Below are positions 1-13,298 of a DNA stretch of 64,000 nt, one piece after another. Below the pieces are notes generated by a model. It had not been told where the DNA came from. It worked only from the letters and a program-made list of their open reading frames with translations, and did no database searches. Positions within the stretch are counted from its first letter, which is position 1; every line of letters begins with the position of its first letter. The translations under genes and the position numbers were made by a program. The stretch spans positions 1,860,001 through 1,924,000 of the forward strand of contig JAWMAR010000214.1 in NCBI GenBank assembly GCA_036785375.1. Direction: 5' to 3'. The DNA comes from Leucoraja ocellata. Its lineage: Eukaryota.

Positions 1-276
1 TTATTTGTGTCCAAGCAATATGTATGACATGGTTGGTTGTCTCTTTATATAGTGATGTTATGAACAATTATATGCTGTGGAGAAATATAACTTATATAGA
101 CAGCAAAATGATATCTAGAGGGGTAGTAAAATTATATAAAACAATCTATGGGCTCTTGTTTCCAATACATACGAACTGATCAAAATCAGTAGAATCATTG
201 TTGAATTGATGGAGCAGTATTATTCTTTAAGCAACAGAGATTTGATTGGAATGAAATTATTTCTCTTTACCTCCAG

Positions 277-352
277 GTGGCCATGAAGATCTTGAATAGT
301 GGACGATTTAGCATGGGTAGTGCATCTGCAGGAATGATCAAAAAGCTTATTG
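277..352 (+). CDS. acad9: acyl-CoA dehydrogenase family member 9, internal exon (equivalent to human exon 9)
   Basis: ctccag|GTG...ATT G|gtgagt; [25 protein letters not shown] matches ACAD9 [15 protein letters not shown]; 76 nt. Upstream exons lie outside the window. Confidence 0.96.
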
Positions 353-454
353 GTGAGTATTAAAAAAAACGTGAATCATTGCAAACTGATTACTGATTGA
401 TGAAAAAGCATCAAACGTTGTAACAACTCTCAGAGAACTACATCGCCCACAGAT

Positions 455-715
455 CTTGCAATTCTGGTTTGAGCCTGGATGCATATACTATCTGTGTGAA
501 CTTTGCTTATTTTCCCTGAAACCTCTAGTTTCCACCCATATCCTAAAGATTGGTTAATTAGCTGTTATAAATTATCTCTTGTGCAGGCAAATGAACCAAA
601 GCAGAGTTGATAGGCATGGGAAGGTCTACAGGGAAATATGACGCAGGGAAATGGGACTGATGGCATTGCTCTGCTGTGAGCTGGCATGGACCTAATGGGG
701 GGGTGTGATCACAAT
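455..715 (+). mobile_element. old degenerate V-SINE (HE1-like)
   Basis: Decayed V-domain-like sequence (tgtgtgaactttgc...tttccacccatatcctaaagat) and a CR1-like tail. Confidence 0.5.
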
Positions 716-790
716 AACCTCCAAATCCAGCTTAGGTGTGATTTCTTTATTTAACGCTGACAAAAATGAATTTATTGTCCATTCTTAGAT

Positions 791-810
791 GGGGGGGGGG
801 GGGGGGGGGG
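791..810. repeat. poly-G tract
   Basis: 20 consecutive G. Confidence 0.9.
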
Positions 811-1874
811 CTGAGGTATAATTGCGAGGTAGGAGGATTAGACAATATCTGAGGAGGGCCTTATTTTACACAGTGGATGATTGAAGTCTGGAATGTGCTA
901 CCTAAAGAGGTCAGCTGAAGACTTTCCGATTGATCCATAACATGCCGTAGCCCGCGACAACCTTCTTTGCTCTCCTGCACATAACCAATTTCCACATAAT
1001 TTGGAAACTTACTTACATATCTATCTTATCGCTATCCAAGATGGAATACAATTTTTCCATAACATAAACCAGATAACCCTTTTTTAACAATCAGCCATGT
1101 AGATTGTGAGAAGAAGTTGAGAATCCAGTGCTTGATCATTTGTGTAGATTTCAGGCTGAGATGGATCGAGTTCAGGTCAGTAAGGGAATTAAGGATTATG
1201 AGCAATGGGCAAGAAGATGGACCTAAAGAAAGTCCTATCATCCATGATCTTACTGAATGGTGGAGCAGGATTGAGAGGCTGAATTGCTTACTCCGGTTCC
1301 TGGTGCTATTTCTTGTGGTCCTATGGCCTGTCACATCCCTGCTTCCTGCCTGTTGGTCATTCATTTATCTGTACCAAAGTGATACTATGGGCTCTAACCT
1401 TATGGCTTAAATCTTGAGAAGCATACTCTGTAAGTCCAAATACAATCTACTCATCCCCTGTTATCCAATCTGGTTAACATTTCCTCCCCAGAAAAACTCA
1501 TGAAGCGATGCTGAATCTGCTCGATTAGAATATAATTTTTTCAATGTGCATGGTGTTTGTTGAGAAGATATTTCCCCTGTGAGGGATCTAGAACTAACAA
1601 CATAATAGGACGTCGCTTATTTCATATGGGAAAGAGGAGCCATTTATTTTCAGTGAGGAGAGGAAGTAGAGTTATTGAATATATCCAGTTGATTTACAGA
1701 CATTTAAAGAATCAATGGCTGTGCATAGATAGTGGGGTGTGGCCAAGATGAAATCAACCATAATCTTATTAAATGGGAAAACAGGATCCTGAGGACCCAC
1801 TCCTGCTCCCGTTTAGTTTTGTTTACAAGGCTTTATGCAAATACAATCTTCAATTTTTGTTGTGTTTTGTGTAG

Positions 1875-1945
1875 AGTTGACTGCAGCATTTGCTGATACC
1901 CGCAAACAATTTGACAGGAAGCTGAGTGAGTTTGGATTGATACAG
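1875..1945 (+). CDS. acad9: ACAD9 exon (equivalent to exon 10)
   Basis: gtgtag|AG...CAG|gtgggt; (E)LTAAFADTRKQFDRKLSEFGLIQ; 71 nt, phase compatible with the previous exon. Confidence 0.96.
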
Positions 1946-2009
1946 GTGGGTCCTTTTTTTGTTTTATCATTACTGGTTATAGGCAAAACATTGACAGAAC
2001 AAGGTAAAA

Positions 2010-3510
2010 TTTATAGGGTCAACTTGCCCACACCGGCCAGCATGTCCCATCTACCTTCCCGCATTTGGTCCGTATACTTCCAAACCTGTTCTGTCCATAT
2101 ACCAGTCTAACTATTTCTTAAATGTTGGGATAGTTCCTGCCTCAATTACCTCCTCTGGCAGCTAGTTCCATACATCCACCACCCTTTGTGTGAAAAGGTT
2201 ACCCCTTGGATTCCTATTAAATCTTTTTGCTTTAACCTTGAACCTATGTCTTCTGGCTGTTGATTCCCCTACTCTGGGCAAGATACTCTGTGTGTCTACC
2301 CGATCTATTCCGCTCATGATTTTGTACACCTCTATAAGATCACCCCTTATCCTCCTGTGCTCCATGGAATAGAGTCCCAGCCTACTCAACCTTTCACCAT
2401 AGCTCACATCCTCTAGTCCTGGTAACATTCTCGTAAATCTTCTCTGTACGCTTTCCAGCTTGACAACATCTTAGGACTACCTAAGATGGCACCTACCTGC
2501 GGCAACATTTTGCCAGCGGCACAACAGAAACTCTTCAAATATAGTATTTCTGAGCTCACCTGCATTAAAGAATCTGCAGAAACCAACGATGTAAGAAGCG
2601 AGTAGCTAACGCATTTAAATGCATTAGTGCTACTGCGATCTCCCGACTGTGAGGGAATCCCCGATTGGAGGGGACTCTCGATCTTCTACAGGTGCACAGT
2701 AGAGAGAATACTGACTGGTTGCATTGTGGCTTGGTTTGGTAACTTGAACGTCCAGGAGTGGAAAAGATTGCAGAACGTTGTGACCACTGCCCAGTCCATC
2801 ATCGGCTCTGACCTCCCCACCATTGAAGGGATTTATCGCAGTCGCAGCCTCAAAAAGGCTGCTATAATAATCAAAGACCCACACCATCCTGGCCACACAC
2901 TCATCTCTCAGTTACCATTGGGAAGAAGGTACAGCTTGAAATCTGGAACATCCAGGTTTACGAACAGCTTCTTCCCCACAGCCATCAGGCTATTAAACTC
3001 GCCATCAAACAAACTCGTCATCGAACAATAACAGCCTATTGCACTTTATCTGTTTATTTACCGCGTGTGTGTATATATATATGGTCTATGGTATTTAGAC
3101 ACACTGAACTTTTATCTCCTGTTCTGCATTATGTTTACATATTCTGTTGTGCTGCAGCAAGCAAGAATGTCATTGTCCTATCTGGGACACATGACAATAC
3201 AACTCTCTTGACTTGACATCTTTGCTATAAAGCAGTGCCCAGAACTGAACACAATACTCTAAATGCAGCCTCACCAACGTCTTATACAACTGCAATATGA
3301 CCTCTCAACTTCTATACTCAATACTCTGGCTGATGAAGGCCAATGTGCCAAAAGCCTTTCTGCACAACCGATCCACCTGCCATTCCAGCTTCAAGGAACT
3401 ATGCACCTGCACTCCTAGATCCCTCTGCTCTACAACACTACCCAGAGCCGAACCATTCACTGTGTAGATCCTGCCCATGTTAGATTTCCCAACATACAAC
3501 ACCTCATTGC
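2010..3510 (-). mobile_element. CR1/HER1 LINE 3' fragment, interrupted by a Rex1-type insertion at 2473-3216
   Basis: ORFs 2162-2428 (LPGLEDVSYGERLSRLGLYSME..RGDLIEVYKI) and 3305-3502 (QRDLGVQVHSSLK) are typical CR1 RT C-terminal sequence. Confidence 0.9.
2473..3216 (+). mobile_element. internally deleted Rex1/Babar-type non-LTR element (5' UTR joined to 3' end)
   Basis: Starts near aagatggc; ORF 2627-3031 FYRCTVE.ILTGCI..WFG...SFFPTAIRLLN; (CTTGA)n tail; acatctt on both flanks. Confidence 0.8.
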
Positions 3511-3589
3511 ATTAATGACGATACTTTAATCTATCTTTAATTAATGTAGAAGATAAAAATAAAGTTTACCTGGCAGTTTCCTAATATCA

Positions 3590-3707
3590 GTCTGATATTT
3601 CATAATATCATCAGTCTGAAGAAGGGCCTTGACCCGAAACGTCGCCTATTCCTTCTCGCCATAGATGCTGCCTCACCCTCTGAGTTCCTCCAGCATTTTT
3701 GTCTACC
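3590..3707 (+). mobile_element. Penelope pLTR-derived short repeat with a minimal hammerhead motif
   Basis: ctgaagaagggccttgacccgaaacgtc core at 3616-3643; 12-bp direct repeat ttcctaatatca at 3578-3589 and 3708-3719. Confidence 0.7.
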
Positions 3708-4881
3708 TTCCTAATATCAAATGTTATTCTTATTGGCAATGTGTCTGATTGTAAACAACATTTCTTGCTTTTCACTGCTAAATTCCATGAAATAAAGAAG
3801 AATAAAATGTAGGAGAGTAATTGAAAGAAAACTAACCTGGCTGTGTTTTTTGATGCAATACTCCAATTTTTTGAAATGCACTGTTTTCTGACCCATTCCC
3901 CAAATAGTAAATGATTGTTTAGTATAAAGTCAAAGGGGGCACAGACTGCAAGAATGAAATCAAGAATGTGAATCACAGGATTAATCTTTGTTCTGAGGTA
4001 TTCTATAATCTCTGCTAAAGTTATTGTCGTTATTTTATTGCATTTGGAAATGGAACATGGGGAAATTATTTGTTCTGCCCATGGTGTTGCGTAAACTAAT
4101 TGTAATTTTCAGCGTGTATTATGTAAATACAATAAATTTCATTTCAGATGTCTTCAGAAGCAAGCGAATTTGGTAAACAAAGTGATACAACCATAATGTT
4201 TAAACTTTTTGAGATTCATGAGACATATCTGGAAAACCTGTAACCTTGCTCACTCTGTTCCTCCATTCATCACAAGCTTTGGAATGAAGATATTTGCAGA
4301 AGTATCATTACAAGTTTCACACATTGTGGAATTGGCATCAACATTGTTTTCCAATAACTTGTGACTGAGAAACTTGATTAGTTTATTGTGTTTGTAGGGT
4401 TTAAATTAATCATTTGAATTTTTTTAGTTGGATACTGAATCATAGATTTTAAAATGACTGATTCTGCTTCTTGCATTTTAAGTGTGGGAGGAGCAATTTA
4501 AGGCACCTTAAGAAGAAGAACCAAAACGGATTCATCTTTGGCCAGTGAATTGTCTCAAACATTTACACTTAGACATTTAAATAAATGAACTAGAGGTCAG
4601 ATGCCATTGAATCTGATCTCTTCCTCTGCGACTGGCCATCACTATAGAGAACACCAGTATACTGAACTGACAGGCTGGCTGGAGTATAGAGCATAATTAT
4701 CTCTGGATAGCCACAGCACCCAAGCAGCCAGGCTGATCCGACCCACTAAGTTGTGAAAGGCATGAATGGCAACAATAAAAGTATGAGCATCCTGAAATGA
4801 CAGCAAACCAGATTGAGCACGACCCGACTTATTATCTGATCAATTTTAATCAGTTTTCATAGAAATTGCAATTTCTTTTAG

Positions 4882-5001
4882 GAGAAATTTGCTCTGATGG
4901 CTGTGCAAGCATATGTAATGGAGAGCATGGCTTACTTGACTGCAGGAATGATGGACCGGCCAGGAGAGCCAGACTGTTCTCTGGAAGCAGCCATGGTTAA
5001 G
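4882..5001 (+). CDS. acad9: ACAD9 exon (equivalent to exon 11)
   Basis: ttttag|GAG...AAG|gtaatt; [40 protein letters not shown]; 120 nt. Confidence 0.97.
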
Positions 5002-5077
5002 GTAATTAATTGAAATTCAAAAATATTCTCTTAAACTAGGTACACATGACAATAACTTGCCTTTGAATTGAATTGGA

Positions 5078-5565
5078 GTATTGTGCTCAGTTTTGGTCAC
5101 CCAGCTATAGGAAAATGCAGTTAAGATGCAAATAATGATTAGAAGATTTACGAGCTATAGGGAGAGGTTGGGCAGCTTAGGACTTTTTTTCCTTGGATCT
5201 CAGGCGGCTGAGAGTGATCTTATTAAATGCATAAATCTTGCAGAGAGTAGGGATTAATGCACACGATCTTTTTCCCAGGTTAGAGATATCAAGAGGTTTA
5301 TGGTGAGAGGTGCAAGATTAAACAAACCTCAAGGGGCAATTTTCCAAACAGATGGTGGTGGGTATATGAGATTCCAGAGGAAGTAGTTGAGGCAGGTACA
5401 ATAACCACTTTTAAAAGACAGATGTGGATAGATTCATGGATAGGAACATTTAGAGAGATATGGGCTAAACGAGGGCAAATAGCACTAGTCTTGATGGACC
5501 ACCCTTGTCAACAAAGACGAGTTGGGCAGAAGGGCTTTTTTTGTGCAGTATGTTTCTATGACTCC
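5078..5565 (+). mobile_element. degenerate CR1/HER1 3' fragment
   Basis: ggagtattgtgctcagttttggtc (LEYCVQFW-like) through a CR1 3' UTR ending ...tttctatgact. Confidence 0.8.
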
Positions 5566-6411
5566 AAGTATGGCCAAAACTAATTTACTTCTGACCAGTG
5601 AATTGTCTCAGACTTATGCAGCTCGACATTGAAACAAGGATGTCATAAAGCAGCTGGAGGGCACCCAGTGACCACATCAGGGAGGTGTCAAGGAGGCCTC
5701 CCTCCATTGTACTGGAAAACGTGGTCACCAGGATGCACTATGAACCATCTCTTGCATTACTGTGGATGTTTCAAATTGTGTTTTTGCAGTAATGTATTGT
5801 TTTGCACATCCTTTTTCTTCTTACTAACGTATAATTTATAGATCTCTTTTATTTATAATTGATGGTCTGAGTGTTGTTTATGTGTACGTGTCTATGATGT
5901 TGCTGCAAACAAGTCTTTCATTGTACCTGTACCTCACCATACTTGTACATCCACAATAAATACGACTTGACTTGAACTGCTCGTAAGGTCAAAAAATAAA
6001 CTACATGACTGGATTAATATCTGCGGATTTAATTATAATGTTCCTTGCCAATCTTGAAGCAACTGTTTGGAATTAAGAAATATTACTTTCCCATGATTTT
6101 TCCGTTGAGGCAAAGGTCATAATAGGTGACATATCAAAACTATTGCTATTAAGAATGGTACTGAATTGAATGCTTGCTCTTTAGGTAAAGTTTTCCTTAC
6201 TTACTTCCTGTAAAATTGCATACAGTATGATGCCAAAGCATTCATATCTTCATTAAATATAAAAATATATTTACAAAGAGCCATCATTGTAACATTGTTT
6301 AATTGTTAAACAATTCGAAGTGCAAGTAAATTGCAATCTTGATTTAACACTTTAAAATAATGCATCTAATTTTCTTCTGTTGATGATTTAACATGACTGA
6401 ATAATGGCATC

Positions 6412-6630
6412 TTCTCAGATGGCACCCAACCCAGGCGACTCTTTATGTGCTAGTCACAGAAATGGACCTGCAATCACACATTAGTCACTCAGCACTTTTA
6501 AATCTCCACTCGTACTGAACACTGAATGACTCAATTGTAATCGTGTGTTGTCTTTACACTGACTGGTTAGCTCGCAACAAAAGCTTTTTACTGTATCTCG
6601 GTCCACGTGACAATAAACTAAACTTAACTA
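6412..6630 (+). mobile_element. short non-autonomous retroelement with a Rex1/L2-type tail
   Basis: agatggcac start; 3' end ...gtgacaataaactaaacttaact resembles other LINE tails in the window. Confidence 0.5.
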
Positions 6631-6679
6631 TGCAGAGTGGCATCCAAATAAGTTCTAACTGAATATGTCTTTGGACCAG

Positions 6680-6808
6680 ATTTTCAGCTCAGAGGGAGCA
6701 TGGACATGCATAAGTGAAGCACTGCAGATTCTAGGGGGCCTAGGCTATATAAAAGATTATCCTTATGAACGATACCTTAGGGATAGCAGAATTCTTCAGA
6801 TATTTGAG
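6680..6808 (+). CDS. acad9: ACAD9 exon (equivalent to exon 12), ends in the catalytic Glu of the IFE|G motif
   Basis: gaccag|ATT...GAG|gtaaga; [43 protein letters not shown]; acyl-CoA dehydrogenase signature QxxGGxGY; 129 nt. Confidence 0.97.
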
Positions 6809-6924
6809 GTAAGATACATTTGTTTCATTTGTTTGGATGCTAAATGTAATCATAACAATTAAGCATGTTGTAAAATGGTAAGTAATTCTTTGGATAGAAT
6901 CTTTGTATGTAATAGAATACTTTT

Positions 6925-9900
6925 ATAGTCACGGGAGAAATTTACAATACACCATTAACTATGATAAATATTTACATGCCTAATTTTGATAACCCACAAT
7001 TTTTTAAGAAAATAATAGATTTAATCGCAGAGCATAATTATCAAAATATAATAATGGGGGGAGATTTTAACTGTGTTATAGACCCATACTTAGATAAATC
7101 AATAAAGGTAGGGAAGCGTCTTGTTAAAACTAAGACCTGTGAATTTGTAAATATTTAAATAAAAAATAACAACATAGCTGATGTTTGGAGAACAGCAAAT
7201 CCAAGTGGTAGGGAATATTCATTTTACTCATCAGTTCATAAAACTTATTCACGAATTGACTATTTCTTATTGGACATAAAATTAATCCCGTATACGAATA
7301 AACCATCATATCATAATAGCATTATTTCTGATCATTCACCATTGACTTTTATACTTAAAATTGAGGGAATGCCGGGTATAAAACCTTTTTGGAGATTCAA
7401 TGCACACATATTAAATAACCCGCAGGGCTATGAGTATATAAAAGAACAAACACATTTTTTTTTCGAAATAAATGACACGCCGGATATTTCTGCACCGCTA
7501 TTATGGGGTAAGTTTTCAAAATAAGGAAAATAAAAGAGAACTTCAGCGGATAGAACTGGAAATAAAATTACTAGAACTGGACAATGCATCTGACCCAACC
7601 ATAGATAAACATAATAAGATAACTTTATTGAAATATAAAATCAATAGAATACTATCGGCAAGAGTAATAAGATTATTCCAAATTACAAAACAAGCACACT
7701 TCGAATTTGGGGATAAGCCACATAAATTACTTGCGAGGCAACTGAAGCAACAAGAAAAGGAAAAACTATCACTAAAATTAAATTGGATAAGGGTGAGTTT
7801 CTAACACTGCCAAAGGATATTAATAAGAGGTTTGCCTAATTTTATCGTAATTTATATACACCTAAAATAAATACAGATGTTAGTAAAATTACACATTTTT
7901 TTAGATAATTGCAATCTCCCAAAATTGGATAGTTTAGAACAAGAGCAATTAGGAGCACGGATTACTAGTGAAGAAATAAAACAAATAATAAACTCACTGA
8001 AAAATGGGAAGACCCCAGGACCAGATGGTTTTAGTAATGAATTTTATAAAAGATTTCAGAAGGCAAATGTACCAAGATTATTCAATTTATACATGCAGGC
8101 TTTTACCGAAAATCAACTACCAGAAACCCTAGCAGAAGCAACAACAACGCTTATACCAAAAAAAGATAAAGATTTAGATGAACCGGGTTCTTATAGAGCT
8201 ATTTCACTTCTAAATACGGATCAGAAAATTTTAGCAAAGATTCTAGCTAGAAGACTAAATAATTATATTAACAATTTAATAAATACGGATCAAACGGGAT
8301 TTATACCCAAAAGACAATCATTTAATAATTTGAGAAGGCTTTTCAATATAATGTACTCTCACAATGAGGACAATGAAGATATTTCAGTTGTTACGCTGGA
8401 TGCAGAGAAGGCATTTGATCAGGTAGAATGGCAGTATTTATACAAGGTACACCAAAAATTTAATACGGGAGAGAATTTTATTAGTTGGGTTAAACTACTT
8501 TACGATAGACCTACGGCAAGAATATTAACTAACAATATGCTATCTCCAACATTTTACTTATCAAGGGGTAATAGGCAAGGTTGTGCCTTATCACCATTGC
8601 TATTTGCCCTTATGATAGAACCGCTGGCCGACAGGATTAGAAATCACCCGAATATTCACGGATATAACACTAAGGACTCAAAGAATAAAATTTCATTATA
8701 CGCTGATGATATCCTTTTATATATTACTAATACACAAACGAGTATACCCACATTATTAACACTAATTGAGGAATTCAGCTCTTTTTCAGGATATAGAATA
8801 AATTGGAATAAAAGCTAAATAATGTCTTTAAAACCACAGGATTCGAGACACTTACTAAAATTCCCCTTCAAAATTGCAACAGAAAAATTCAAGTATCTGG
8901 GTATTCAAATTACGAGAAGACACAAATCATTATTTAGTGCCAATTTTATACCACTATTAAATAAACTGAATGATATGATTACATTTTGGAAAACGCCCCA
9001 GCTCTCATTGAATTAACGCTATAAAAATGACTTTCTTACCACAATTAATATATCTGTTTCAAGCGATCCCAATATATATTCCAAAATACTTTTTCAAAAA
9101 ACTAGATTCTACTATCACTCATTTTATATGGGATTACAGAGCACACAGAATTCAACAAAAGCATTTGTGTAAACCTAAAGAAGTTGGGGGTTTATCATTA
9201 CCTAACTTTATGTATTACTACTGGGCAATGTATATTAAGAACATAATGTACTGGTTGGATAGTTCCACTCAGCAGTTAGAGTGGATAAGACTGGAGAAAG
9301 AGGAGTGCTATCCGCACGATATAGGAACGATCTTGCTCTCACCGATAAAATTGAATAGTATAATATATAAGAAGAACCCAATTATTCACAATACAATAAG
9401 AATTTGGAAACAAATAACAGTATCCTTGAAATTAAATAATCTATCAGTACTAACCCCACTATTGAACAACCCCGTATTCAAACCATCTCTCATCAACAAA
9501 ACATATCAACAATGGGATAGACTGGGGATTAGGAAAGTAGGGGATATGTATGAATTGGGCAAACTGTTATAATTTCAACATTTAAAATTAAAATTTAAAC
9601 TGAAGGATAATCAATATTTTAAATATATACAGATATGTGACTTTATGAAGAAATATATACATAGATTTCAAACTATATTTTAGACCCTTTAGAAGAAGCA
9701 ATGAATATTAAGGCTGATTCACAAAAACTAATATCATACTTTTATAATAATATATTAAATAGAGAATTACCCTCAACAGAAGCACTAAGAGAAGATTGGG
9801 AACAAGTCAAGTCAAGTCAAGTCAAGTTTATTTGTCACATACACATACGAGATGTGCAGTGAAATGAAAGTGGCAATGCTCGCGGACTTTTGTGCAAAAG

Positions 9901-10944
9901 ACAAACAACAAAACAACCAAACAAATTATAAACACAATCATAACACACATATTCTTTTACATAATAAATAATAGAATGAAAAACGTTCTGTAGAGTTAGC
10001 CCCTGGTGAGAAAGGCGTTTACAGTCCGAATTGCCTCTGGGAAGAAACTCCTTCTCAACCTCTCCGTTCTCACTGCATGGCAACGGAGGCGTTTGCCTGA
10101 CCGTAGCGGCTGGAACAGTCCGTGCTAATGATAAAGATCTCGAAGGATAGATGGGAGAAGTATCTGTTGAACACACATAATTGTTCTATTAATGCAACAT
10201 AATTTAATTCAATTCAAATTATTACATAGACTATATTATTCAAAAACGAGGTTGAATAAATTTTATCTAAACGTCTCTCCCAGATGCGATAAATGTTTGT
10301 TTCAAAACGCTAATATAACACATTCATTTGTAGGATGTACAAAGTTGAATAAATTTTGGAGCGATATATTTGATATATTTACAAAGCTTTTCAAGTCCAC
10401 AATAGAACCCAAAACGGAATGGATTATATTTGGATTAATAGTAGAAGATATCAATTTAAATAAAGACCAAAACATTTTTTTTAATTAGCACGCCTTGAAG
10501 AAATGAGACTCCGACTAATAGATAAATATGACCAATTCTTAAGGAGTTGGTCTCCTTTCATCGACTTTTTGGAATCATGTGATGCAGCGGTACGGTAAAG
10601 ATTGCTGATTTCAGTCCATGCCGTGGATAGATCTACATCTCCGAATAAAGACTTGAAAATTTCTCTTTTAAGGGGCCTTCTCTCCTATTTCTACTTTCCA
10701 CTTTTTCTTTTTTTTATATACACACTTCACGTTTTTCTATTCTCTACCATCTATTTTTCCTCTTTTCCCCCTTTCTATTGTTTTCTTTTTCTTGTCTTGC
10801 TTACTTCCTTCTCAAAACATAAAACTAGAGGTTGTACATAGAATGGATTACGGTATGACATAGTTGGCACCTAAAATTGGGTTCCACTGTACTGTTTTGT
10901 ACTGTATTAACTTCTAATAAAATTTAAAAACATTTTTTTTTTTA
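6925..10944 (+). mobile_element. 5'-truncated L1-clade LINE (ORF2 APE-RT, disrupted)
   Basis: APE motifs NIYMPN, GGDFN, SDHSP; RT motifs KTPGPDG, LDAEKAFD, RQGCALSP, YADD; C-terminal Cys motif; AATAAA plus A/T tail; 14-bp TSD aatagaatactttt at 6911-6924 and 10945-10958. Confidence 0.95.
9803..10123 (-). mobile_element. Rex1-type 3' end nested in the L1
   Basis: (CAAGT)n tail on the + strand; near-identical family member at 42655-42990; interrupts the L1 ORF2 frame. Confidence 0.8.
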
Positions 10945-11893
10945 AATAGAATACTTTTGTGGATTTTGTCACCTATATAATGAACGGAATTAGTTTGTGA
11001 ATCATAAATTGGAAAAGATACATTTGTTTTTAATATGTAACTGTTACTTCACTTAACCTGCAAATCTGACTCTCACAAATTACATTTTATGGCACTTTAT
11101 AAGACTTGACAGGTACGTAAATAGGAAAGGTTTTGAGGGATATGGGGCAGACATTTGCAAATGGGACTAGATTGGATGGAGCATCTTTGTTGGCGTGTAT
11201 GAGTTGGGCCAATGGACCTCTTTCTGTGCTGTATGACTATATGCAATCGATATGTTTCTAAGCAATGTATGTAACAAAACTGTAAATGCCTGACAAACTG
11301 GACCGATCTTCTACAGCTCAAAAATACAGTGTATTTATGCTCTTTGAATAGAACTTGCAGTCTATGGTATATTTGAATTACTTTATTTCATCAACATCTG
11401 CAGTAAAGGAACATAATGCCTTCCCTTATTCATTAAACAATTTGCAGTCCAATGCTGTGATCCAATACAATTTAACCTGTGATAAAATATTTCTGATATT
11501 AATATTATGAGCAAGCTTCATAAATATGCAGACTTCGTGATTTTTCTTTAACCAATGGGGCTTATTGTTTTAAATACACACAGACTCTCAATTTGGAAAA
11601 AAAAAGCCTTGTGGAGGCATCATAAATCTCTGTGTATGTTGAATATGCACATATATAATGATGAATGCAAGACGCACCCAGTTCAGTGGTATAGCTGTTG
11701 TGTTTGGCAACAGTATACTGATTGTGATCATGAAAACCAACAAATTGTGAAATGTGGCTGTTCTGCACAAGTAAACTAGTGCTTGTTCTTGCTGGATTAA
11801 CATATTTAACCAAATAACCACAATTAAAGTATTTATTTTAAAGCTGGCAGCTTCCATTTTCCGACAGATAAAATTATATTTCATGTATTGCAG

Positions 11894-11973
11894 GGTACTA
11901 ATGAAATTCTACGGATGTATGTGGGCTTGACTGGATTACAGCATGCAGGAAAAATACTCACTGGAAAAATTAA
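11894..11973 (+). CDS. acad9: ACAD9 exon (equivalent to exon 13)
   Basis: ttgcag|GGT...AA|gtaagt; [26 protein letters not shown]; 80 nt. Confidence 0.97.
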
Positions 11974-12446
11974 GTAAGTTGGCGTAAACATGTTTTTTCG
12001 CTCTGTTCTAAAGGTTTTTCTTCTAAAGCACATCCTAAATATAAGCACCCTCCCCATCCTCAACCACTGTTTAGTTGAGACAAATCTGACAATCCATCAG
12101 TGGTATCTTTGACTATATCTTCAACTCACCCTTCTTTGCTATGAGAGTACTGTGCCGTTGTCACTGGTTTTAATTCTCATTTTTCTTCTATGATATTCTG
12201 TAACTTAACCTAGTTGAATGTATTTGAAGTCAGGTTGCAGAACTGATGCATAGCTAAAATTTGAGCAAATTTAAATATCTCAATTATTCGTGGGAGGAAA
12301 ATAAAGTCTTGCTTCAGAATTTGATAAATCTGGTATAACTGAGTTGAAATTCAATGTGTTGTGCATTGTTACAATTGTGTCTTTTTGATGGTTCCTCAGG
12401 CCACTACGGGCACTTCTAAATACACACTTTTTCTATTTGCTTCCAG

Positions 12447-12570
12447 AGAGATGAAGAAAGGAAATATTGGAGTTGTGTTGGAGATTTTAGGAAAAAAATT
12501 GGGAGGATCCTTTACAAAAGTGGATTATGGGCTCACGGGCAAAAATGGTGTTGTGCATCCCAGTTTAGAG
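12447..12570 (+). CDS. acad9: ACAD9 exon (equivalent to exon 14)
   Basis: ttccag|A GAG...GAG|gtagtt; EMKKGNIGVVLEILGKKLGGSFTKVDYGLTGKNGVVHPSLE matches GLTGNHGVVHPSL; 124 nt. Confidence 0.95.
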
Positions 12571-13220
12571 GTAGTTATTGATATGTCAAAGTTTCTGAAT
12601 GCAAATGTATCTGTCAAGTGTTGTTTCTTTGGGGTGTAACATAATAACCAGCTAATAATTATCATACAGAGCAGACCATCAAGCAAATTACATAATTGAA
12701 CACTTAAATTCTTGGGAAACACAAAATATATGCTTCTGTAAAAGTAAATGTCATGGGCAAATAGTCATGTCAACAGTTTTGCGAATCAAAATCAGTAGAT
12801 TTCTACTGAGGATGTAAATTAATGGTTTATTTTTTTTTTAGCGGCAAACATTCATGACAATGTGTGGATTTGAAACATAGTTTAACTGAATCATTAACCA
12901 ATTAATGTTGAGTTAAGTGTCATCTAAAATTGAATTTAGACATATTAGCACGTTACCAAATGCCCCCTAAAAAAATTCCAATTTAGCCCCATGAGCTTAA
13001 AATTGGTAAAAAATCTAGTCTATGTTACCACACGTCTTTTTTAGAAAGCATATGTAATGTCAATTGCACTAGCTTCAACTATCCTTATTATTTCATGAAA
13101 GGATCCCATCATGTTAGTCTAACATGATTTGCCTTTAAATTCCAAATGACTGAAGGATGATTTAATACACCAAAATTATAAATGTGAACATGAGCAACTA
13201 TTTGAATTTGTTTCCTTTAG

Positions 13221-13298
13221 GCCAGTGCCAAGAAAATGGAGGAGAATGTGCACTTTTTTGGCAGCATAGTAGAAAACGTATTGTACAGATATGGCAAG
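13221..13298 (+). CDS. acad9: ACAD9 exon (equivalent to exon 15)
   Basis: ctttag|GCC...AAG|gtaatc; ASAKKMEENVHFFGSIVENVLYRYGK; 78 nt. Confidence 0.95.

Noticed and set aside
1032-1810. Short ORFs in the first intron of the window
   Set aside because: They overlap decayed CR1 3' UTR fragments and have no coding signal.
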